A DNA stretch of 28,010 nucleotides from Polyangiales bacterium (GTDB taxonomy: Bacteria; Myxococcota_A; Polyangia; Polyangiales; Polyangiaceae), in the NCBI GenBank assembly GCA_038231275.1, contig JBBRLQ010000056.1, positions 1-28,010 of the forward strand, read 5' to 3'. The notes beneath the pieces were generated by a model. It was not told the DNA's origin, did no database searches, and saw only the letters and a list, made by a program, of their open reading frames with translations. Positions 1 to 7,975 of the stretch are shown piece by piece; position 1 is the first letter of the stretch; the number at the start of each line of letters is the position of its first letter. Made by a program: the position numbers and the translations under genes.

Positions 1-474
1 AAGGGGAGCGAGTTCGACGAGCTCGAGTTCTTCCGTGCGCTGGAGCGTGCGGGCGTGCGCTATGTCCTCATCGGGCGTCGCGCCCTCATCGTCCTCGGCC
101 TGCCAGTCATGACCGTCGACTACGATCTCTGGATCGAGCTGGACGACGCCGCGCTGTTGAATGCGGCGGCCGCGCCGTTCGATCTCTCCCCGAACCGGAC
201 GCCGGAGGAGGCGCGCGCGAGCGGTCGTTATGTCCTCGAGAACGACGAGCGCGTAGACGTGCTGGTTTCACGAAGCCGGACGACGGTGGATGGCCGCAGT
301 GTCACATTCTCGGAGGTGCACGGCCGCCGAATCGACGTCGCGATCGCTGAGGGCGTCGCAATCAGTCTGCCGTGCCTGGACGATTTGATCGCGACGAAGC
401 GCTTCGCGGCGCGCCCCAAGGACGTGGAGGACGTGCGCGCGCTAGAGGCGCTGAAGGGCAGACGCCTGCCGTGA
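1..474 (+). CDS. Nucleotidyltransferase-fold protein (DUF6036 / AbiEii-like), 5' end outside window
   Basis: Frame is open from base 1 (KGSEFDELEFFRALERAGVRYVLIG...). It has YVLIGxxA, TVDYDLW (DxD motif), VDVL and C-terminal DLIATK..RPKDVEDVRAL, typical of this small NTase family. Confidence 0.75.
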   Translation, partial: KGSEFDELEFFRALERAGVRYVLIGRRALIVLGLPVMTVDYDLWIELDDAALLNAAAAPFDLSPNRTPEEARASGRYVLENDERVDVLVSRSRTTVDGRSVTFSEVHGRRIDVAIAEGVAISLPCLDDLIATKRFAARPKDVEDVRALEALKGRRLP

Positions 475-677
475 CCGCGAAGGCCGATCCGCTCGCCGAG
501 CGCATCCTGTCGCCCGAGGAATGGACCGCGTACCTCGCGGCCCCGATGAGCGACGAGGAGCGCGAAGAGATCGAGTCGCTCTTCGACTGGTTCACGCGGC
601 GCTACCCCACGCCGCTCGAGCGCCTGCGCTACATCCGTCGGGTCATGAAGCGTCCGCTTTCGCGTCCACTGCCCTGA
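471..677 (+). CDS. Small helical protein (68 aa), translationally coupled partner of the NTase
   Basis: GTG at 471 overlaps the NTase TGA (GTGA). Sequence is MTAKADPLAERILSPEEW...FTRRYPTPLERLRYIRR with GC-rich third positions. The track start at 372 is probably too early. Confidence 0.7.
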   Translation: MTAKADPLAERILSPEEWTAYLAAPMSDEEREEIESLFDWFTRRYPTPLERLRYIRRVMKRPLSRPLP

Positions 678-702
678 CGCGTGAGCCGAATCCGACTCGG
701 AT

Positions 703-1605
<903 letters not shown>

Positions 1606-1624
1606 GCCCGCGGGCTTAGCTGGT

Positions 1625-2524
1625 CTACCGCTCGAAGTGAATACGGAACGCCTTCGTCTGCCCGGCGATCGCGGTCCCGTCCTTGTCGAGCGCGGTCGTG
1701 TAGGTCTCGCGCATCGCGCAGAGGCGCGCTTCGCGGCCGAAGCCGTGACCCGGATCTGCCATCACCGAGACCGTCTTCGCGCGGCCGTCGGGGCCGACCG
1801 AGACTTGGACGGTGACGTAGGCTTCGTCGATTTGCTCGGCGTCGGCCTCGCTCGGCCACGGGCACTTCCATTCGCTCGAGCCACGCAGCCCGGCCGCGCG
1901 CGATTTGTCGACCGCGGGAGGCGGCGGGGCGGGTGCTGCGCCGGTGCCACCAGGAACCCCGTCAGGGCGCGCGGCGACGTTTCGCACGGCCGCCGTCGAC
2001 GTCCCCTGCGCGTGCGTGACGCCGCCCGCGTAGGTGGCGGCGGTGCCCTGCGTGAAGCCTTGTCCCGTGAAGTCGAGCGGCTCGTCCGGCGCGGTCAACA
2101 CTTGACCCGCTTGCGCGGGCGTCGGAGCCGGCGGCGGCTCGTCCTTTGGTGCGTCCTTCGGCAGCGCGACCGGCGGCGGCGGCTTCTCGGCCTCCTTCTC
2201 GGGCTCGGGCTCCGGCGGCGGCGCCTTGTCCTCCGGCGCCTTGAACATGTCTACGTCGTACGTGGACCAAAGCTTCTCGCTCACCAGCGCGCCGATGTTG
2301 TGCGTCCAGTGAATCAAATCGATCGACATCATCGCCGCCCGCGCGGCGACCGCGCCGTGCAGCACGTACGCGATGAACCCCGCGACGAACATGATCATCG
2401 CCCGCTTCTTGTCCAAGTCCATCACCCGCGCCATCGGGTCGCGCGTCGGCACCACGACGCCGATGGGCGGCGGGGGGCGCGAGCTGATCCTGGCGCGTGC
2501 GCTGTGCGGGGACGAGGTCGTCAT
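1625..2524 (-). CDS. tonB: Energy transducer TonB family protein
   Basis: N-terminal TM helix with His (IAYVLHG), Pro/Glu-rich spacer ([17 protein letters not shown]) and TonB_C-like end ([25 protein letters not shown]). Lies 1 bp downstream of exbD. Confidence 0.85.
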   Translation of the reverse strand: MTTSSPHSARARISSRPPPPIGVVVPTRDPMARVMDLDKKRAMIMFVAGFIAYVLHGAVAARAAMMSIDLIHWTHNIGALVSEKLWSTYDVDMFKAPEDKAPPPEPEPEKEAEKPPPPVALPKDAPKDEPPPAPTPAQAGQVLTAPDEPLDFTGQGFTQGTAATYAGGVTHAQGTSTAAVRNVAARPDGVPGGTGAAPAPPPPAVDKSRAAGLRGSSEWKCPWPSEADAEQIDEAYVTVQVSVGPDGRAKTVSVMADPGHGFGREARLCAMRETYTTALDKDGTAIAGQTKAFRIHFER

Positions 2525-2525
2525 C

Positions 2526-2963
2526 TCACTTCTTGGGTTGGACCGGAATGACCGGGGGAACGGGCGTCACCCCGAAGGCAATTTTGGCCACGCCGGCCTG
2601 CTTGAGCAAGTCGAGCACGTGAATGACGCGGCCGTGGGGCACCGCGCTGTCGGCCTTGATGACCGCGCGGAGCTCGTTGTTCTTCGCGTGCGCCTCGCGC
2701 GCCGGCATGAGGATCGCGTCGTCGTTGGGCACCGTCCTGCTGTCCACCTGCGTCGTGCCGTCGGCGGCGAGGATGACGCTGAACACGACCTGCACCTCGG
2801 TGCCGCTCGCCGCCTTGGGCAAATCGAGGGGGACCGACTGCGAGACGATGATCTTCGCCGTCACCATGAAGATGATGAGGAGGACGAGGGTGATGTCGAC
2901 GAGCGGGGTGACGTTGATCCCCGTGATCGCCTCGTCCGCTTCGCTTTGCGCGCCGCCGGCCAT
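2526..2963 (-). CDS. exbD: Biopolymer transporter ExbD/TolR
   Basis: [19 protein letters not shown] with the conserved TM Asp, plus [18 protein letters not shown]. Confidence 0.93.
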   Translation of the reverse strand: MAGGAQSEADEAITGINVTPLVDITLVLLIIFMVTAKIIVSQSVPLDLPKAASGTEVQVVFSVILAADGTTQVDSRTVPNDDAILMPAREAHAKNNELRAVIKADSAVPHGRVIHVLDLLKQAGVAKIAFGVTPVPPVIPVQPKK

Positions 2964-3661
2964 TAGTCGCCCTTGGCTTTCTCGGCGCCTTCGCTGCCGT
3001 CTCCCGTCGCCTTGAGGTGCGCGAGCAGGACGTGGCCGAGTGCGTCGGTGTTCGACAGCGTCGTCTTCACGATGCGCTGGAAGAAGTTGAACGCGGCGAC
3101 CGCGGGGATGGCGACGAGGAGGCCGACCGCGGTGGCGACGAGCGCCTCGGCGATGTTCGTCATGACGGCCTGCGGCGCGATCTGGCTCGCGACGGTTCCG
3201 GGCGCGCCGGGCACCGACGACATGTTCGCCTTGCCGAGCTCCTCGAACGCGCCGACGATTCCGATGACGGTGCCGAGGAGGCCGATGAACGGTGCGTTAT
3301 TGCCGAGCGTGCCGAGGAAGGCGAGGCGCTTCTCCAGCTTCAAACGCTGGAGCGCGCTCGCGCCGGCCATCGCCTCTTCTGCCGACGCCGCGCCGAGGTC
3401 GGCCTCGACGATGCCCGCGACCACGACCGCCGCCTCCGCGCTCGGCGACGCCTCGAGTCGCTTGCGCGCGCCCTCGAGGTCTCCGCCGCGCAAGAGCTTG
3501 CCGAGATCGCGCATCAACGTCGTCGTGTCGTCCCTGAGGGACCAGAACAACCACGCGCGCTCGAGCATGATCGCGAGCGAGATGACGCTGAGGAACAGCA
3601 TGAGCCAGAGCACCCAACCGGCGCCCGCTCCGACCATCGCGCTCTTCACTCGCTCAATCAT
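2963..3661 (-). CDS. exbB: MotA/TolQ/ExbB proton channel
   Basis: Three TM segments, APFIGLLGTVIGI and EALVATAVGLLVAIPA. Its stop overlaps the exbD start (TAATG). Confidence 0.93.
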   Translation of the reverse strand: MIERVKSAMVGAGAGWVLWLMLFLSVISLAIMLERAWLFWSLRDDTTTLMRDLGKLLRGGDLEGARKRLEASPSAEAAVVVAGIVEADLGAASAEEAMAGASALQRLKLEKRLAFLGTLGNNAPFIGLLGTVIGIVGAFEELGKANMSSVPGAPGTVASQIAPQAVMTNIAEALVATAVGLLVAIPAVAAFNFFQRIVKTTLSNTDALGHVLLAHLKATGDGSEGAEKAKGD

Positions 3662-3739
3662 CTGTCGTCCGCGGCTCCCTCTTTTTACTTCTGCTTACGT
3701 CTGTTGTGGGTCTTGGAGTGTCGTTGGGGTCACGTCGAA

Positions 3740-3760
3740 ATGGTAAAACGTACGTTTTAC
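3740..3760 (-). promoter_or_regulatory. Perfect 18-bp palindrome GTAAAACGTACGTTTTAC (3743-3760) overlapping a candidate -10 box TACCAT (3745-3740); putative operator of exbB-exbD-tonB
   Basis: The palindrome is directly visible, is AT-rich in a GC-rich genome, and lies about 80 bp upstream of the exbB start. Function is inferred. Confidence 0.55.
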
Positions 3761-4830
3761 GCCTCGGGGGTCTCCCCAGGGTCCGATTCTGTGGTTTCTT
3801 GGGCAGTTTCGACGGCAGTTTCTACGGAAAGCGCGGCCGCGAGGACCGTCGTGGCGAATGACCCTTTCGGTAGCACAAAGTAAACCCCGATGCCCCCGTC
3901 TTGTTCCCGTAACTCTGCCTTCATGGCTTCGATGCGCAGGCGCAAGACGCGTCGCGTTCCTTCACCGAGGGCCTTGGTCGCCGCCAGGTCGAAGCCGTCG
4001 CCCAGGACCCGCGCGGCGACGTCGCGCTCGATTTCCGCGGGCCTCCCCGTGGGCGCGCGCATCTTCACGCCAACCATGGGTCCGGTCGGGGTCACCTCGC
4101 CCCGCAGGGCGCGCTCGGCGTCGGTCTGAACGTCCGTACAGACGAACAGCCCGCCGTTGGTCGTCTTGAGGAGGTCCCCTTCAAGCGGAGCGTTCCACGT
4201 CCCGTCGGCCACGCGCGCGTCCAAGACGGCATTGAAGACCGCGCTCTGCAGCGCCGACCACAAGAAGCGGCGCTGCCGAGGATCGCGCGGCCCTCGCTCT
4301 TTCCCTGACAGCCACGCGCGCGCGCGATCGGCGTTGTCGCCTTCGCGCCCGAAGCGCTGCGTCCCGAACGCGTTCGGCAGACCCTCCTCGCCGAGCCGCG
4401 CGAGCGTGGCGAGGACGCCCGCGACGTTTTCTCGCGCGACGTCACGGACGACGATCGCGAAGCGGTTGCCCGCGAGGTGACCGGTCTTCAGCTTGTTGCC
4501 GTGGCGCTTCACCTCGCGCACCGTGACGCCGTCGATCGCGAGGTCTCTCGCGCGCGCGTCGAGCGCCGGATCCTTCGCGTGCACGCTAATCCACTGCGAG
4601 GTGACGGCGACCTTGTCCTTCATGCCGGCGACGCCGCAGTCGCGCGGGTGCACGCCGAGCGCGTTCGCGATGGAGCGCAGGGCGCCGTCGGTCGTCAGGT
4701 TCCGCTTCGTGAAGTGGATATAGAGGTGCTCGCCCTCGCCGCTCGGCAAATACGCCGGGATCTCGTCGACGACGAAATCCTCGGGCGTGGCCTTGATGCG
4801 GCCGCGGGGAAGGCGCTCCTGTTGCTCCAT
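3757..4830 (-). CDS. truD: tRNA pseudouridine(13) synthase TruD
   Basis: EDFVVDE, GEGEH, AGMKDKVAVTSQW (catalytic Asp), KLKTGHLAGNRF, PNAFGTQRFG and LPKGSFAT. Start is placed at ATG 4830 (MEQQERL) because the track start at 5034 overlaps the upstream gene. Confidence 0.95.
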   Translation of the reverse strand: MEQQERLPRGRIKATPEDFVVDEIPAYLPSGEGEHLYIHFTKRNLTTDGALRSIANALGVHPRDCGVAGMKDKVAVTSQWISVHAKDPALDARARDLAIDGVTVREVKRHGNKLKTGHLAGNRFAIVVRDVARENVAGVLATLARLGEEGLPNAFGTQRFGREGDNADRARAWLSGKERGPRDPRQRRFLWSALQSAVFNAVLDARVADGTWNAPLEGDLLKTTNGGLFVCTDVQTDAERALRGEVTPTGPMVGVKMRAPTGRPAEIERDVAARVLGDGFDLAATKALGEGTRRVLRLRIEAMKAELREQDGGIGVYFVLPKGSFATTVLAAALSVETAVETAQETTESDPGETPEA

Positions 4831-4868
4831 GGGTCGGGGCGGCGACGATACCAGGGCTCGCGTCGCGG

Positions 4869-6515
4869 CTACTCGCCGATCTCGTGCGCCATCACGTCGC
4901 GCGGGCTGCGGAAGTACTGCTGCGGCGAATACGACAAGAGGTTCGATACGCGCGACGTGTACACGCACGCGTACTCCTCGACCTGCGCGCCGAAGCTCGA
5001 TTGCTCGTTGCCTTCCTTCAGGAGCGAGCCCCAATACTTGTGGAAGCGCTCGTCGGTGCGGTCCTCGAGCGTGGTCAGCTCGGCGTCGACGAGGCGCATG
5101 CGGCCGCGGATCCGCTCGACCGCGCGCTTCACCCGTCCGCGCTCGGCCTCCTGCTCGGAGACCGCGGTGCTGCCCGAGTGCTTGCCCTCGTGTTTGCTGT
5201 CGAGGTGACGCGACAGCTCCTTGAAACGCGCCTGGTAGAAGCGCAGCTCGTCCTCCAGGCGCTCGCGTCCTTCTTCGAGCTGCTCGGTCCGCGCCAGATC
5301 CTCTTTGATCGACTCGTACGCAAGGACCTCGGTCTCGAGCTCCTGCATGATCATCGCGGTGCGCCAGGCGCTCTCCTTCTTGCTGCGGAGGATGTCGCCG
5401 TAGATGTGGTCGCCGACGTAGAGGACCTGATCGCCGGTCACGCCCAGCGCGCGCTCGAGATCGGGGAGGTTGCCGCCTTCGTACGCCTTGCCGCGTTCGA
5501 GCGGCAACGTCGCGGGCTTCACCGTGTCGCCGTCACGCTCGAGAAGGGGCCGGCGCTCTTGGAAGAAGGCGGGCTTGGTCGCCGCGCAGATCACGATGTC
5601 GAAAAAATTCTTCCAGCTCGGGTACTCGCTCATCGCGCCGCCGAGGAGGTAGTTCATCATCACGTCGGTGTAGGGCCAGCGCGAGTTGGTGAGCAGGAAC
5701 ATGCGCTTTCCGGCGCTCCGCATCTTGTGGAGCGTGGGCGCGAGGTGCGGATCGCGGATGACGTACTTCGGCAAATTGCCCATGACGGCGTTCAAGATGG
5801 TTCCGTCGCGGTGCGCCTCGTCGATGCTCTCGCGGATGTCCGTGAAGAGGCGGGCGTAGTCGACGGCGTAGCCCTTCTTCTCGAGCGCCTCGACCGCGGC
5901 CGCGTAGACCGCCGCTTCACTCAGCGCGTAGAGGGTGTCGATCCAGTGGTAGCGGGGCGTCGCCGGCCGGATCTTCTTCGAGTGGTAGAGCGCGTGGAGC
6001 TCGTCCTTCGAGAGCTTGCGGAAGCCGTGGTAGCCCTTCGCGACGTGCTTGTAGCGGTCCATCTTGAGGATGTGGCCGAAGCGCTTGTCGATGAGGATGC
6101 CGCGCACCGGAAAATCCGTGGCCTGCGGCATGTTCTTGATGAAGTCGGGGTACCCGCGGAGGATCAGCTTGTCGATCGTCGCTTCGATCGAGAGCTGGTC
6201 CATCGCCGCCTGATCGTAGATGGCGAGCGTGTAGTCCATGTCGAACCCCACCCACGCGATGGTGCTCATCTTGAGGTTGCGGTTCGTGAAGACCCGGCGC
6301 GGGCGCGGGATGCCGTGCGCTTGGAGGCTGAACTCGTCGAGCGGCAGCGCGAGCTGGCGAGGGCTCGACTCCAGCGCTTGTTGCTGCTGCTGGTGGATGC
6401 GCCTCGACACCGGAGAGCTGGCGGGGTCTTCCTGATCGGGATCGGGTAGCAGAGGTTGGGTGGCCAAAGGGCTCTCTTGACGGCGCGCTCGAGGTGGAAG
6501 CTTGGATTTTCCCAC
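4869..6515 (-). CDS. HAD-IG family (cN-II/NT5C2-like) 5'-nucleotidase
   Basis: VFTNRNL, GFDMDYTL (motif I), LLTNS, KPAFF and YVGDHIYGDI, with a coiled-coil region before KYWGSL. The exact start is uncertain. Confidence 0.92.
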   Translation of the reverse strand: MGKSKLPPRARRQESPLATQPLLPDPDQEDPASSPVSRRIHQQQQQALESSPRQLALPLDEFSLQAHGIPRPRRVFTNRNLKMSTIAWVGFDMDYTLAIYDQAAMDQLSIEATIDKLILRGYPDFIKNMPQATDFPVRGILIDKRFGHILKMDRYKHVAKGYHGFRKLSKDELHALYHSKKIRPATPRYHWIDTLYALSEAAVYAAAVEALEKKGYAVDYARLFTDIRESIDEAHRDGTILNAVMGNLPKYVIRDPHLAPTLHKMRSAGKRMFLLTNSRWPYTDVMMNYLLGGAMSEYPSWKNFFDIVICAATKPAFFQERRPLLERDGDTVKPATLPLERGKAYEGGNLPDLERALGVTGDQVLYVGDHIYGDILRSKKESAWRTAMIMQELETEVLAYESIKEDLARTEQLEEGRERLEDELRFYQARFKELSRHLDSKHEGKHSGSTAVSEQEAERGRVKRAVERIRGRMRLVDAELTTLEDRTDERFHKYWGSLLKEGNEQSSFGAQVEEYACVYTSRVSNLLSYSPQQYFRSPRDVMAHEIGE

Positions 6516-6539
6516 GACGCGACCGCGCAGGCAAACGGG

Positions 6540-7961
6540 CTAGGAGATCGTGCCCCACGCGGACGGGTTCTTCTTCAGGAATCGCCAGGTCTTCAGGTTG
6601 GCTACGACGTAGGCGGCGTGCTCCACGGGGTTTTTCCGCGGCGGCGGGAACATGCGGCGCGCGATCGAGCGGAGGCCGTAGAATTTCGAGTAGGCGCGAT
6701 CGAAGCCGCTCCGCAGCTCTTCCTTCGTCATCCCCTCGGGGCGGACCAGGAGCGAGCCGTAGTCGTAGCGGCTCCAGTCCTCGGTCAGGAGGCGGCCGCT
6801 CGCGCGCATGTCGTCGTAGTAGCGGGTGCCGGGGTAGGGGGCCGGTGTGAAGAATTTTACGAGCGAGACGTGGCTGCTCGTCAAAAACGAGAGCGTGCGT
6901 TCGAAGACCTCGGGCGTCTGGCCGTCCATCCCCATCATCATGAGCGCGATGACCTGGATGCCGCGCGAGCGCAGGAGCGCGAGGTCCTCGGCGTAGCGCG
7001 TGGGGCGGTTGAAGCGCTTCTTGAGGCCGCCGAGCACCTCTTCGTCGGTGGACTCGAGGCCGATCGACAAGGCGACGCAGCCGCTCCGCGCCGCGAGATC
7101 GACCATCTCCCGATCGCGCGCGATCTCGATCGTGCACTGGCTCGTCCAGGTGATCTTCTCGGGGATGAGGCGCCGCATCAGCTCTTTGGCGGCGTCGGGA
7201 TCGGCGATCGGGTTGTCGTCGAGGAAAAGCAGATTCTTGCCGCCGAGCGCCTTGATGCGCCGGACGTCGTCGATCACGTTGTCGATGGGGCGCGTGCGGT
7301 AGCTGCGCTTGTAGAAGGCCTGCACCGCGCAGTAGGTGCACGGGTGCGGGCAGCCGCGCGAGAAGACGAGCGGCCAGTGGAAGTAGACGCGGTAGAGCGG
7401 GCTGCGCTTCCAGCGATCCCAGCGAACGAGCTGCAAATCGCGGTAGTCGACCTTCGAGAAGACGTCGACGTCGGGGTGCGCGGGCGGAGGCGTGGAGGCG
7501 GGGCGCGGCTTGCCGAGGCGCGTGCCGCCGAGGTCGACGAAGTCCTGCGCCTTGTAGACACCGAGGCTGCGGCCCGCCGCGAGATCTTCGAGGCACTGGG
7601 CCCACACGCGCTCCGCTTCGCCGACGACGATCGCGTCCGCGTGCTTGAGCGACGCCTCTTGCGGCGCCAGCGAGACCCAGGGTCCGCCGAGGACCACCTT
7701 GCGGCCGCGCGCGCGGAAGGCGTCGGCGAGATCGTACGCGCGGGCAATCTGCGGACCCATCGCGCCGATGCCGACGACGTCGCACGGGTGATCGAGATCG
7801 ACGTCCGACATCAGCTCGTCGGTGATGCGCACCGTCCAGCCGGCGGGCGTCAGGGCTTTGAGCGACGGCATCGTGAGGCCGCTCGTCCAGTAGCGCGTCG
7901 TCTTCACGAGACGGCCGTCGTGGGCGTGATGGGAAGGGGAGACGAGGTAGAGCGAAGGCAC
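6540..7961 (-). CDS. B12-binding domain radical SAM protein
   Basis: Cobalamin-binding-type motifs (DVVGIG, VVLGGPWVS, DAIVVGEAE), SRGCPHPCTYC (CxxxCxxC), FLDDN, IGLES and TPAPYPGT. Confidence 0.92.
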   Translation of the reverse strand: MPSLYLVSPSHHAHDGRLVKTTRYWTSGLTMPSLKALTPAGWTVRITDELMSDVDLDHPCDVVGIGAMGPQIARAYDLADAFRARGRKVVLGGPWVSLAPQEASLKHADAIVVGEAERVWAQCLEDLAAGRSLGVYKAQDFVDLGGTRLGKPRPASTPPPAHPDVDVFSKVDYRDLQLVRWDRWKRSPLYRVYFHWPLVFSRGCPHPCTYCAVQAFYKRSYRTRPIDNVIDDVRRIKALGGKNLLFLDDNPIADPDAAKELMRRLIPEKITWTSQCTIEIARDREMVDLAARSGCVALSIGLESTDEEVLGGLKKRFNRPTRYAEDLALLRSRGIQVIALMMMGMDGQTPEVFERTLSFLTSSHVSLVKFFTPAPYPGTRYYDDMRASGRLLTEDWSRYDYGSLLVRPEGMTKEELRSGFDRAYSKFYGLRSIARRMFPPPRKNPVEHAAYVVANLKTWRFLKKNPSAWGTIS

Positions 7962-7975
7962 GGAAGGGGAGCAGC

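Noticed and set aside
1625..3661. Agl gliding motor (AglRQS) or Tol-Pal locus
   Set aside because: Only one ExbD/TolR gene is present, no tolB, pal or glt genes are adjacent, and the third gene is TonB-like.
3790..3830. Short direct repeat GGCAGTTTC at the truD 3' end
   Set aside because: Two to three degenerate 12-nt units encoding a low-complexity tail (VETAVETAQET), with no evidence of separate function.
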